A stretch of DNA of 64,000 bases from positions 124,001-188,000 of the forward strand of contig MCFH01000075.1 in NCBI GenBank assembly GCA_002104945.1, read 5' to 3'. A model generated the notes under the pieces. It did not search any database, was not told where the DNA came from, and saw nothing but the letters and a program-made list of their open reading frames with translations. Below are positions 11,495-25,500 of the stretch, piece by piece; the stretch's first letter is position 1; each line of letters begins with the position of its first letter. The stretch is from Piromyces finnis finn. Taxonomy: Eukaryota; Fungi; Neocallimastigomycota. The translations under genes were made by a program, and so were the position numbers.

Positions 11495-12632
11495 TAGAAT
11501 AATAATAGAATTTTTGAATAATTGTGTCAGTGGATTTCTGTGGTAAAGCCTTTAGTTAATAAGGAAACAATCAATATTCAACTAAATCTTTAAGATTATC
11601 AAAACTGTTTTTCATTTTATAAAAAATCAAAAAATATTATTGAAAATAATTTGTTTAAAATCACCACTAACGCACAAAACGTAAAAAAAAAAAAAAAATT
11701 ATATCTAATTGATAAAGAAAAACATAAATTACACCTTTATAAACTAAAAAATTGACTAGATCCACTGAATATTAAATAGTTTAGCCATAATAAACAATTT
11801 TATGAAAATTTTGTTAAAATGTTGGTTCAATATTAAACCTTTTTTAATTAATGATTATTTAGTTAAATTGTATGGAAAACATAAAATTTACTTCTTACTT
11901 AAATATAGTAATAATAATGATAATAATCAAGAAATGGAAATATATGATAAATCATTATTTGTAATAAATAAAATAATTTTTATTTTTTTATTTTTTATTT
12001 ATTTTTTTTTTTATTTTTTATTTTTTCATTTTGCTTTATGTTTACTATTTATAATATATGAATTTTCGTTTATCTGATGATTTTTAAGAATTATTATTTA
12101 TGGAACTTCGTATAAAAGAAAAAAAAAGCAAAAATCTTTACTATTTTTTTCTATACAAAAATAAATTGGTAAAATAATATAAATATAAAAATAAAGATTA
12201 TGATGGGATAATAATAAATTTATATAATTTTATAATATTGAATGAGTTAATATTAATAATATAATATATAAAAATAAATATGAATAGATAATTTTGATAA
12301 TTTATACTATGGATTTTAATTGCTATAGCAATTAAATAGATTAATAATGCTTTTTTTTTTTTTTTTGTTTTTGTTTTTGTTTTTTGCATTTGTATGTTTT
12401 GTTATTTTCTGGTTTATTTACTTATATTATCTTTACTTTTTGATATTATTAATTAAAATGAATGAAACTATTATGAAACTTTTATATTTAAAAAAAATAT
12501 TTATGAGACTTTTTTATTATATATATATTAGTTATAATCATGAGAATGAATTTATGAGATACGTTATTATTTTTAAAAAAATTTAAATAAATATAGATAT
12601 TTCTTGATTCAACAAGACTTTATGATACTAAA

Positions 12633-15563
12633 TCACTTAGCAACCGGTGTGGTAGTACCTACTGGAGTTACAGTGATAGCTGGTACAGTATCTGATGAGT
12701 TACTAGGATTAGATGATGAAGAACTTGTAGCAGCTGCGGCAGCTGCAGCTTCTAATTGCTTTTCTTTTTGAAGACGTTCATATTCTAATTGTTGTTGTTG
12801 TTGAAGAATACGATGTTGTTGCTGACGAATTTTTTTAGCAAACGCCATATCAGCTTGATAACATGAACTTGTTGGTCTTGTACGATGACGAACCAAAGCG
12901 TCACCTCTAGCAAACTTACGTTTACATATTTTACACTGATATGGTCTTTCCTTACTATGGATTCTTTGATGACGAATCATATCATGTTTACGACAAAAAG
13001 CACGTTTACATTCTGGGCATTCAAAAGGACGTGAATTTTCATGACTTCTTTCATGAGATTGACGATGACATGGTCTAGAGAAGGACTTTACACATCCAGG
13101 ATAAGTACATGGATACTTCTTTTTTGCACGCTTCTTTACTAACTGAATATTTGAATTGAGATTAAAAGATAGCGGTTTTAACAATGGTGAATTTAAACTA
13201 TTTGGCACTGAAATGCCCAAAGAAGCTGGACTTAACATGTCAATATTTGGGGTATTACCAAGCTTTATGGTTGGAATATCATGGTAATCCATCTCTTCAC
13301 TGGGATTTATATTGCCATTAGGATAGGTAGTAGTATTTTGTGGAACTAAAAAGCCATTGGTATCCATTGCACTTGCTTCTGCCTTTTTTACTTTGACGTC
13401 CATAAATTCACTATTTTCTGAATTTACATTAGCTTTGGTACTATCTATTTCAACTGCTTTACTTTTATTTGAACGTCTTCCTTTCTTCGCTGTTGCCTTT
13501 GTTGTTTTAGTAGTTTTTGACTTTGAACCTTTTTCATTATCTGTAGCTCTAGCAGCTTTTGTATCTAATTTAATACCTGCCATACTCACAAGAGTAGGCA
13601 TTTGTATTTTAGTTGCAAGCATTGCAGATGGATTATTTAACATCATATCAGAATACTCTTTTAATATTTGAGTGGTTGGACTACATTTTGGTGGTAATAA
13701 TTGAGCTTCAGCATTACATGTATTTTTCTCTATTTTTTCTTGCTTTATTACTGAAGTCATATTGGCAACTGCATTATCATTGAAAGGAACTTTATTCATT
13801 TTATTAGCAGAGAATGGTAATTGTGATGTAGCACCACCAAATGAAGATGTCGCTGTATTTGGTGAAGGTGTAGTATTTGGTGTTATTAAAGCTGGATCAA
13901 GACTATCTGTTATTTTTACAGTATTAATCTTTGGATTGGTGTTTAAAAACGATGAGCCTTCAACTGGTATGGGTTGATTTGTAAATGGTGCATTTTCAAC
14001 TGGCTCAATATCAATACTAGATTCTTGAAGCAAAGGAGAAGGCTTAATTGTACTAGAATCATTCTTTATAAGAAATCCAGAAGAAATTTCTTCTAATGCA
14101 CTTCTTTCCTTTCCCTGAATTCTTTGAATCTTTGGAATTGGACCATAAGGATAATTCATAACACCTAACTTACGCTTTTTATTTATAAAGTAAGCTGGAT
14201 TAGTTTGGTTTATCAAACCTTTGGAATATGCAACAGCATAACGTGGATCCATAAGTAATGGAGAGGTAGTCTTTTTTCTTAATGTACCAGCTACTTGTTC
14301 CGGAAGACATGGAGAATCATTCAAAGTAATAATGGGTTGTTCACCTACATAGGGAGAATTCAATGGTATTTGAGATTGTTCATTTATAAATGGTGAATCT
14401 TTGATCGTTAAAGGAGCTACGGATTCAGGTAAGAATGGAGATTGATTTAAAGCTACATTATCTTGATCAGTAAGATATGGAGAATTCATTAAAAGAGGTG
14501 ATACTTGATTTAAAGAAACATTATCTCCGGTTTTTAATAAATCTGAACTATTAATATCATTGATAAAGCTTGTTGATGAACCCGCAATATTTGGATCTAT
14601 TTCATTATACACCATAGAGGAATCAACTTCATAACCTTCATCTGGTTTTTCCATTAAAAATGGAGACTGTACATCATACATTCCGGTGTTATATAATGGT
14701 AAAAGACTACTAGTAGTTGCTTGTTCATCTTGTATTGGTAAGAGAGGTGAATTAACAATTGGATCATCTAAATAGTTGTAAGAGGAAGGATAAATATCTG
14801 TTATAGCTGTATCTTCACCATTTGGTGAAAAAAGAGCTAATTTTTTCATTGGTAAATTTAATGCAGGTGAAAAAACTGTAAGATTATTTTCATTTTCTAA
14901 AGTCGTTGCAATTTGTTTATTAATACCATTTTGAGTCATGAAATAATCTGAGCATAAAAGAGGACTACTTTCAACCATTGTATCCAATGAATCAGCTGAA
15001 GGTTTGTATATATTCTTTAATTTAGAAGATCCATTAGTACGAGTGTGTGGAGGAGTAGATGGAGGTGTAAATTCAAAAAGTGGAGATGAAACTCCACTTG
15101 TAGCCATAGTAGAGCTATTTAAGTAAGAATATGTTGGAGTAGAAAACATTGGATGAAGAAATGGGGTTTGATTCATTGGGGATGGAATTGAATTCTTTAT
15201 ATTATTACGAACTGGATTATTAAGTAATACATTATTGAATGGTATTGTATTATTTACTGACAGCTTGGAAGTATCTTGTTTAAGTGGAGCAATATTAGTA
15301 TTGGTTAATGAATCATTTAATTGGCTTTCATCAATATTCATAAGACCTTGATTTTGGGTTTCCATAGGATTTTGGAAAATTTCATTATATAAAAGGGAAA
15401 TATCATTGTCAGCCTCTTCCCCTTGTTCCTGTAAAAAATTCATTTTTCCTTGTTCCCCATTTGAAAGTGGTTGTATTTTTATGTATGGAATATTGTTCAT
15501 TTCTTGCTTTTTTTGACTAAATGGTGGTGTAAGTATTGTTTTATTGTTTTGATTTAAAATCAT
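12633..15563 (-). CDS. C2H2 zinc-finger transcription factor, Crz1/CrzA-like
   Basis: Three C-terminal fingers: CTYPGC..H...H, CPECKRAFCRKHDMIRHQRIH, CKICKRKFARGDALVRH. Fingers 2 and 3 resemble Crz1 (FARQHDRKRH, FARADALGRH). SP-rich N-terminus, PxIxIT-like PYIKIQ and PAITVT, NLS-like KKRKLG. Confidence 0.8.
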   Translation of the reverse strand: MILNQNNKTILTPPFSQKKQEMNNIPYIKIQPLSNGEQGKMNFLQEQGEEADNDISLLYNEIFQNPMETQNQGLMNIDESQLNDSLTNTNIAPLKQDTSKLSVNNTIPFNNVLLNNPVRNNIKNSIPSPMNQTPFLHPMFSTPTYSYLNSSTMATSGVSSPLFEFTPPSTPPHTRTNGSSKLKNIYKPSADSLDTMVESSPLLCSDYFMTQNGINKQIATTLENENNLTVFSPALNLPMKKLALFSPNGEDTAITDIYPSSYNYLDDPIVNSPLLPIQDEQATTSSLLPLYNTGMYDVQSPFLMEKPDEGYEVDSSMVYNEIDPNIAGSSTSFINDINSSDLLKTGDNVSLNQVSPLLMNSPYLTDQDNVALNQSPFLPESVAPLTIKDSPFINEQSQIPLNSPYVGEQPIITLNDSPCLPEQVAGTLRKKTTSPLLMDPRYAVAYSKGLINQTNPAYFINKKRKLGVMNYPYGPIPKIQRIQGKERSALEEISSGFLIKNDSSTIKPSPLLQESSIDIEPVENAPFTNQPIPVEGSSFLNTNPKINTVKITDSLDPALITPNTTPSPNTATSSFGGATSQLPFSANKMNKVPFNDNAVANMTSVIKQEKIEKNTCNAEAQLLPPKCSPTTQILKEYSDMMLNNPSAMLATKIQMPTLVSMAGIKLDTKAARATDNEKGSKSKTTKTTKATAKKGRRSNKSKAVEIDSTKANVNSENSEFMDVKVKKAEASAMDTNGFLVPQNTTTYPNGNINPSEEMDYHDIPTIKLGNTPNIDMLSPASLGISVPNSLNSPLLKPLSFNLNSNIQLVKKRAKKKYPCTYPGCVKSFSRPCHRQSHERSHENSRPFECPECKRAFCRKHDMIRHQRIHSKERPYQCKICKRKFARGDALVRHRTRPTSSCYQADMAFAKKIRQQQHRILQQQQQLEYERLQKEKQLEAAAAAAATSSSSSNPSNSSDTVPAITVTPVGTTTPVAK

Positions 15564-18500
15564 GATATTAATATTTAATTTTTTTGTCTATTTTATTTTA
15601 TTTTTAATAAAAAAATAAATAAAATTCAAAATTCAATATGTTATGTTTATTAATAACTATTGTATTCCTATTATTCCTTGACACTTGTACTTTAATATTA
15701 TTATTTTAAATGATATTTAAATGATATTCAATATCTATTAGTCTAATAAGTCTAAAATTTATATTTATAAAATATGGTTCTATTTAATAATGTGCGTATG
15801 GCTAAAGCGTTCAACATACAATTGGAATGTTAATGTTTGTATATAATATACAAATGAAATTTAAAAATTCAACGACATAAATTAAAATTTATTTGTTGTA
15901 TTAGTTATTAATGTAATATATAATATTTTATATTTTATAATAATTTTGGTTTCCAAAATATACGTTTTTTTTATTTTTCTTATTGCTTTATTATTACTAA
16001 AATGGTATGAATTAATTTATTTTTCTTTTAATTGAATAATATTATTTAAATATTTTATTAATAATTATCATCAATCAATAGATTGACAATTTTTTATTAT
16101 TTAAATACTATTCTTTTTTGGATATTAATTGATATTAATTAATAATCAGAAAGGAATATTATTTGTTTATGCTTTTTTTTCTTGGTTTATTTTGTTTGTT
16201 TTTAATATTGTATTGAATGATTTTTCTTAATAAAAAGCAAAATTCTATAAAAAATTTTTAAAATTAGTTTATTGCTATAAATATTTTAAATGCAACATTA
16301 TTTCTTTTCCTTACTTTTAGTATATTTAATTTTAAAAAGAATAGAACTCTTTTACAAGTTCTTAGTTCATGAAGAAAAAAAAACTAATTTATATATATTG
16401 TAACAAAATAGTTTCTAAATTTTAATAAAATTTGAAAAAAAAAAAAAAGCCTATTATAAGGAAAAAATATTTTTATATATATGTAAAAAAAATTATCAAT
16501 TTTTCTTACTATTTATTTACCCAAAGTAACTTTATCCAATAAAAATGCTGATATTCTCAATTGATAAATAAATCTAATAATATTTACACTTTTACTATTA
16601 AATATTTTACAGTTTATTATAATTTTAATATATATAAAGATTTAAATATTGATTTATTTCATTATAATAGTAATATATAAAGAATTAAAAAATAAAAAAT
16701 TGCAGTTTATTTATTATAATCTAATTATATGAATAATTGAAATGGCAATTTATTTTATTATAATTTAATATATAAGTAACAATTCATTACTATTTATGAT
16801 ATTAATAAATGTAATGAATTGAATTTATAAAAGAAAATTTATACTTTGGATTTAAGAATTAAAAAATAAGTTTATTTCAATATATAATAGAAAATATTGT
16901 ATTATATAAAAACTACATATTATTGCATATATAACTTTTGAAAGATGACTAGTTTATTATTTAATAAATTATTATTATATTAAGAATTATATTGAATATA
17001 TATTATTTATTTACATTTATAAATTAATCTACGATGGAAATATATAATTTTACATAGTTGTAATTTAATTAAATAAATCGAATTTAATATAACAATATAT
17101 TAATAGTTAATTTTCATATAGTATGAACTAATTTATTTATTGTTATATTAAAATAAATAAAAATTTAAATATTGATAAATTTATAATCCATATAAAATAA
17201 TATATTTTTATATTTTTATTTATTTTATCTAATTTATTCTTATATATATTATTTATTAATTAACTATTTATATCAATATATATATTTATTCAATTATTAT
17301 ACATATTCATTATAAATATATTAAATAATGTTGTTATAAATAATATTTATATTATACAATATATTTATATATTATTTAACTATATTCATAGTAATAAAAT
17401 TAATTAGTAAAAGTTTTTTTTAATGAATAATAGGGTTTAATATAATTTGATAAAAAATAAATTTATATTTCTGCAATTCAACTATATTGATATAATATAT
17501 TATTTATATGTCTATATTATACGTTATTTTATAATGTTTCAACAAAAAATTATTCATTATAATTTTTAATGGTAGGACAGACGAAATAAAAATAAAAACA
17601 TATTGAAACATACTATAATAAAGCAAGTAATTATAATAATAATATAATTATGTTTTATGTTTTTTTTTATTGTATTAAGCATAATAAAGTATTTAAAGTA
17701 TAATTAATACGAAGTGAATATAAGATAAAATAAACTAGAATAAATTAAAAAGCAAAAACTTTTTTATTTTATTATAAAGTTTAAAAATGAAAAGAATGTT
17801 GTGATTAAAAAGTAGGGAAAATGAATTATGTAGAATGAATGGTTTAGCTTACTTTAAAAAATTATTTATTAGCCTAACTTTTCTTAAAAAAAAATATATT
17901 AAGGAGGGTAAGTAGTAGTCATAAATTATATTTAATATTATAATATATATAATTATTTAATTTATTATTTTATTTATATATAGCTATTGAATATAAATTA
18001 ATACATAAAATAGCTTTATAAAAATAAATTAAAAATTTTTAATTTGTACAACCTATTGAATAAAGTAATATATTTATATTAAATATTTATATTAAATATA
18101 CGGAATGTATTGAATAGAATAGACTTTATATATATACTTATAGATCAAGCTGATACAAAAAGAACTAAAATTTTTAGTATTTAACTTTCCCACTAATACG
18201 AAAAAAAGGTGCTTATTACCTCCCTCATCATAGTATTATTAATTATTTTAATATTATAATCATTAAAGATATGTATTTCTTTCTACATTGTCATTATATA
18301 GATAATTAAAAAAATAAAAAAGAATATTTTTAAAGGATTTTGGGTATAGCATTATAAATTTTTATATGAAACAGTAATGATGTTGCTAATAATAATAATA
18401 TTAATTATGCATGTTCATTATATAGTAACTTTTTTAGTTTCTATTTGACTATATAAATTTTTTGATAATAGTAATTTGTTATTTCTTATTTTACTCTATT

Positions 18501-21140
18501 ATTATTTAGAGAGATTAAATGCTTTTCATTTAATTTTAATATAAATTTATTTATACTTTTTTTTAATAGTAGTATTCAGTAATTATGTTAATATAATGAT
18601 CAAATAATTATCATATAAAAAATAATGTATTTATATTTTCATTTATTTATAAAAAATAAGAATAAATATTTAAAGTGAACTTTACTTAAAATATTCTAAG
18701 AAAATCAACTTAAAAAAACAACCTTTAAAGGTTTTGATAAAAAATCAACTAGAAATAAAACAGAGTTTTATAAATAAAATCTATATAAATTAAAATATTT
18801 TTTATTTTTTTTATTAATTTTGAAATTATTTTTAATAATATTTAAAGTTTATAATTAGTATTAATATAGAATTCTATTTAAATTAAATACTAAATAATTT
18901 TATATAAATTAAACTTTACTACCAAAAAATTATTTATTAATATTATTACAATATGTTATATATATTTCAATTTATTGTTATATATTATTTTTGTAATCAT
19001 TGATTTAATTAAATATATTAAAATATTAAATTAAAAATTACTAAACACAGTAATTCAATTTGATAATAAACAAAAACATTTTTTATTTCCATTAGAATTA
19101 ATAATATAACACATAAAAAATTAATTAATAAATTTTTTTAAGGCTTAAATATATTAATGTAATAACTTAAATCCTATTATTTACATTAAATCTTAGACTA
19201 ATATTAATTAGGGGGCTTTGTATATATAAAATAGAATGTATATAATATAATTTATAATAATGTACAAAATAAAAAAAAGAGATATTAAAAAATGAAAAGA
19301 TTTATTAAACTATTCTATAAATTTTTTATTATGAATAGTGCATTGATTCTAATAATAATATATTGCTTTTGATAAAGATATAATATTTATATACTATTTC
19401 TTTTATTGTAATAACCAAAAACCTAAATATACAATGAAAAAAAAAAAAAAAAACTCATAGCATAAAACTAGAGAATGAAAATTGCGTAGTATCAATTCAT
19501 AAAAACAATGAATTATATAGGATGAACAAATAGCATGATCTAAAAAATAACAAAAAACTATTGATTTATGGTTGTTATTTCTATATTATTACTGTTTAAT
19601 GAAATAGAAACTAATTGGAAAAAATTAAAAGGTAAAATGACTTTTTTTCTCTTTTATATAAATAAAATATTCAAAATATAATTTTATTTTATATTGAGCT
19701 TAACTTATAATAAGAGTAATTTGACAAAAAAGAATATTTTTGTAATTTTTGTAATAGATTAGTATTCCTACTTTTTTAAAAGAAAGGCTAAAAAGTTGAA
19801 TAAAAGAAAATTAGAAATAATAGGAATAATAACAAGGACAGGCAATAATTTTTATTCATCCTTTTAATTTATTTATTAATAGATTAGTGATTATTTATTT
19901 AGTCATTTAATTATTCATTCATTTAATTATTCATTCATTTAATTATTTTATTATTGATTTAATGCTTTATTTATTAAATTATTTATTCATGCATTTAACT
20001 ATTTATTATGCTAATTATTTATTTGTTCAGTTTTATCCCTATTGTCTAATTTACTTTTATTCATTTAGTTATTCCTTATATTTATTTAAGTATATACTCA
20101 TTTAATTAGTATATTTATTTATTAAAGTATTTATTCATTCATTAAGATTATTATTGGTACCTTACAATTTAATTCCTTCCTAATTTTTCTCGTCACAAAT
20201 GACCTTCAAAAAAACAAAGCTTTCCTTGCCTTATTAATTGGAGTCAAAAAAAGGCTAATTCAATAGATTAAAAAAAATTAATTTAAATTTAATCTAAGTA
20301 AATTAAAAACAATTATCCATAAAAATTTTTATTATTAACAACGTGATATATTTAATAGATCCTAAATTTATTATTCACTTCATTGTAAATGATATAGAAC
20401 TTTACCATTTTAATAGGATTTCAACATAATTACATAATATTTATATTTTATTTTTTCTCCTCTTTTACATTAGCTCCAACAATCTTATAATAGAGTTATT
20501 TTGAAGAAATGAATGCGTATTAATTAGCATAATAATTTGTACTTTTACTGATCAATGAATTTTCCACATTTTAATTTATATCAATAATTTTAATTATTCA
20601 ATAGAATGCTAATATATTATAATATAATTATTGGCATTTAAATTGATATAAATTGATTTGAAAATTGAAAATAAAATCAAAAAAGGAAACTAATAAATTA
20701 AATTTGACAAAGTTTGATTTATATAAACGTATTATAACGTAATTCAATGTAATAAGAAATATAAACTATTATATTAAATCATTTTAAAAAAAAAACAATT
20801 AAACATCATATACAATATATATATATTTTATCAGTAATTAAACAAATTTCATATTAAAATGTAAAAGTTATTTTTAATAGCATTGATTTCATATAATGGT
20901 AACATTAATTAATAATTTATATGATGATAGAATAAAAATTATCAGGTACGTACTGAAAATTTTAAGCTTTTTTTTTTTAGTTAAAAACATAACAAAAAAT
21001 GATTTGCTAGTGTGTGTTTGGAAATTTTTTAATTTAGTAAACTATCTAAAAAAGGAAATAAAATGAATAACAAAATTTTTTAAAGTTTTCTTTTGTAAAA
21101 ATAATATTAAATAGAATTCAAAAAGAATATGAAGTTATAT

Positions 21141-21215
21141 ATACAAAATATATGGTAAATTCAATAAAAATTTTAATTATACAAAATATATGGTAAATTC
21201 AATAAAAATTTTAAT
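21141..21215. repeat. Tandem duplication, 38-bp unit x2
   Basis: atacaaaatatatggtaaattcaataaaaattttaat at 21141 and 21179. Confidence 0.85.
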
Positions 21216-22562
21216 CATATTTAATTCTTTGAAATATTTAATATTAAATATTAAGAGGAATAAAAATAAAAGGAATAACCACCACATTTATAGGTTAATA
21301 AATAGAAATGAAAATTTATAAGGCGAAAGGAATTAGAATACTACTTTTATTTAGTATCATAGAATGTGCCACTATTACATCAAAATTTTTAATATCATAT
21401 AAATTTGAATAATCATTACCATATTCTTCATCAACTTCATCAAATTTTTTATCAATTTCATCAACTACAATAATTTCTAATATATATAAAAATAATATTT
21501 TTTCAAAATTTAAAATAATATATATTTATATTAAAAGTGGTATTTTTATTAATTAATAAGATTTAAATATATATAAAATTTTAATATTTGGTGTAACATT
21601 AAATTTTTACACAAAATCTTAAATATAATAGTTAACATTATTGAAAATTTTATATATCAATATCCTTAAATTAGATTTATTATGAAAAATAATAAAAATA
21701 TAAACTGTACCACTAAGAAAAATATTTATAATAGTTTTATAAGAATACAAAAAAAAAAGTGGATATAATAAAAATTATAAAAGTCAATGCAATTTAAAAA
21801 AATAATAAAAGAATCATTATTGATGACAAAAGAAAAAAAGTTGAATAAAAATAATATTATAAATAGACTACTAATTGAATAGTTCATTAATACTATTTTT
21901 AAAAATTAAAAAATAAATATTAATCCCTAACCTTTTTGTCAATCTAACCCATTTAATTATTAAACGTTTATCCTTTTAAGAAGTATTATACTATTACAAT
22001 AATTACACAATTATTATAATTTGTTTCTTAAAAACAAATAAGATATAACCCTATTTAAGACAGAAAACTAAGTACATATATGAAAGGGAAATACAATAAG
22101 ACAATTTGAATTGCATACCATAATGGAAAAAAAAAGAAATGAATAACTTTAAAAAAATTTTATAATAAAAGTGAAATATACCAATATTCGAGATTTAATT
22201 TAAATAGGAATATATATCTATATATGTATATATAGTTATTATTTATTATCTATAAAAACTGATAATGGATTGGAAATAATAATAATAATAAAGTATGAAT
22301 TAATAAGATAGCCTTATTTTTTAAAATTTTCTTTTATTTTAAATTATAGATTATGGATATTATCTGTATACGATGTTGATTTTATTGCGATTTTATTATA
22401 ATCCAATTTTCAGGATTATTTTAATTCTAACGTTCATCGTTAGTAGGGTACTACAAAATTAAAATAAATTCTATAAATAAAAAAGGGGAAAAAATGTAAT
22501 TTCTTCTCCTTATATAAATAAATTTATTAGTTCTTTCTTTTCTTTTTTTTTTTTTTTTTATT

Positions 22563-25500
22563 TTAATAATAATTACTTCTTCCTTGTTTCTTAAATGTTG
22601 TAGAGGTAGTGGAAGAAGTGGTGGATGATTTTGGAACAAGGTTAAGTAAATTTTTAAATTCATTAGATTTTGTTCTGTTGGTGGTGTTAAGGGAAGCTTC
22701 TGTTGAATTTGCTGATTTAATAGATGAATTAGATTTGCCCCATGGGGAAGAAGGTGGAAGTGAAGAAGATGTGGATTTTTTACCCCATGCTGAAGTTGAA
22801 TTAGAAACGGGTACTGTCTTTGTACTCTTTGCTGTATTACCATTGCCCAAACTTGGAAAGTCATCCTTTGGTTTTGATTTTGATCCAAGGCTTGGGAAAT
22901 CATCCTTTGGTTTTGATTTTGATCCAAGACTTGGAAAATCATTCTTTTTAAAGGAAGTAGGTAATGATGAAGAAGATGAGGCAATCGAATCCTCCTTTAA
23001 ATAATCTTTTAATAAAAGGTCTTTATCAATACCTTTGACATACTTTTCATAATATTTGTTTTGTGTATTTTTAGCATTATTATTGGTATTGATATTAGCT
23101 TCTTGACCTTCTTCTGTATCAACGGTACTGAAACTTTCTTGACTATAGGCACTATTTTGACTATTAACACGTGAATTCATAAAACTATTTTGACTGTTGG
23201 CGCGTGATCCCATAAATCCTGATTGACTATGACTACGAGAACCCATGAGATTTGAATTTTGATAAGGTGGGCGACTTCCAGATCCAGTTCTGTTGAAGGC
23301 ATTATTAGAATTGTTAACGCCGTTAAAGTTTCCACCGTTTAAAGAGTTTATCATTTCATTTTGACTTGGATAAATATTGACAGGAATAGCTTTATTATCT
23401 GTTTGATATTGATACCATTTGTATTTATGAAGACACTTAACTTCTCTGGCATATTGAATAAGACTGGACCAACTATCGTTGGAAAGTAAAGTTTGGGTAT
23501 CTCCCAAGACAAAGAGTGAACTACAAGCACGAGTAATGGCTACATTCATACGACGAATATCAGCTAAGAAACCAATACCATGATTATGTTGGTCTGAACG
23601 AGTGTTAGATGAGGAACGTACACAAGAAAAGAAAATAATATCTTTTTCTTGACCTTGGAAACTATCTACAGTATTGATTTCAATATATTTCAAAATTGTT
23701 TTACCAAAGAGATGAATAAAGTGTGATCTTAATTTACGAACTTGACCACGATAAGGAGTAACAATACCTAATTTATAGGCAAAAATAATTTCTGGGTAAC
23801 TGAAACAAAGACTACGAATAATTTGTGCAATGGCTCCTACTTCAGCTTCATTTACCAAGGATATACCTCTATCACGATTAAGACGTTCTTGACCCTTGAC
23901 ATCTAAGAAAAGGAAAGGTGGGAATCGATGATTTGGATCATTATGCCATGGTCGAGTACGTTTTTCTAACATTAATTCATGATCTTGTAATTTGTTTTCA
24001 TAAAAGTATTGACGTGGGAACTGACTGATCATAGGATGCATACGGTACTGAACATTTAACATTTTTACTATGTCTGGGCGACAATTTTGGATACGTTTAA
24101 AAAGACTTTGTTCATAGAGGTAGTCTTGTGCTACTTTTGAAATAATGGTTGGTGGTAATTGATTTGGATCACCAATAAGAATTGCATGTTTAATACGGTG
24201 CTGTAATGGAATAAGTGTAGTTAATTCAGAAGCTTGACCAGCTTCATCAATAATAATAGTAGAATAATTATCCCAATAGTCAATAAGGGCACTTTGGGTA
24301 CTAATAGAAAGAGTAGTTAATACTACATTTACTTGCTCGAACACTTTGTGTTTTGAATTAATAATAATTTTAGAAAGATTTAAATTATTATCGATGGTAC
24401 GAAGACATTGAATATAATCTTTGAGATAGGCACTCTTACGACTCTCGGCTAATTTTAATTCATTACTTAAAAAGTTTACAGAATCTTGATCAATTTTACC
24501 GGTTTTAATAAATATTTCATATTCTTTGTTTAAATCCTCCATAATTGTGGCCATTTTACGCTGAAAATATACTAAATTTTTAGCAAGATCAGTTAATTCT
24601 TCATTCTGATAGGAAAGAACCATTTTTTCATTGGCAAGTTCATCTATTAAATTATCAGTAGCAAGAACATCCAAAGAAAGATCCTTACAGTCTTCACTAA
24701 TATCACTAATACCATATCTAAGAATAGGTAATTTTACTAATTGATCTGAGGCTTTAATACCCATTTTAAGTCTTCGTGCAATTTCATCACAGGCAGCATT
24801 ACTTGGCGTACAAACTAAGATTTTTGGACTGCTTTCACTGTATGATAATTTTTTTAATATTTCGTTAATAAGAACTAATACTGTTTTAGTTTTACCAGTA
24901 CCTGGTGGACCTTGAATTAAAGAAAAACCATTATTCTTTTGCATTACTAAATCAACTGCTTCTGCTTGAGATTTATTTAATTCATAGTCTTTGATTACCT
25001 TTTCAATATAATCAGGACGATTACTATAGTTCTTTTCTATTGTTGGATTGAAAATAGATTTTCTAAGTGGGGATTTAATAATTAATTCCATAACTAGAAA
25101 CTCTCTTCTGAGGGTAATTAAGGTAAAAAGTTTAATACAACGCCAGCTAGTATTTACATTAAAAAAGCGTGAATTTTCTGGTAGAAAACCACTACACTTA
25201 AAACTAACTTCATGTTCTTTATTAAAAGTAGCATTAATTTTATTACTTTGGAAAAAGGATTGTGTTGGTGTTTCTAATACTCTTACTAATATAGAATCTT
25301 CTAATGAATACATATTATCTCCTTGATAAAGAACAAGTACATCATTTACTAAGAATTTTCCTTCACAGTATTTTGAGGATCCTGTCAATAAGATTTCGTG
25401 TTCTTTAAATTATAGTTTTATAAAGTATAATTTATTGTTATGATTGTATTAGAGAAATAACAGAGAAATGAATTAGTTTTAACACTACTACAAATATTCT

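Noticed and set aside
19280-19640. Coding-like purine-rich patches (also about 10850-11260, 32050-32340, 35210-35380)
   Set aside because: They have many stops and no recognisable motif; they may be old pseudogene debris but I cannot support a call.
22609-23004. 131-aa plus-strand ORF with repeats
   Set aside because: Antisense shadow of the helicase tail; 22451-22984 is an alternative frame of the same region.
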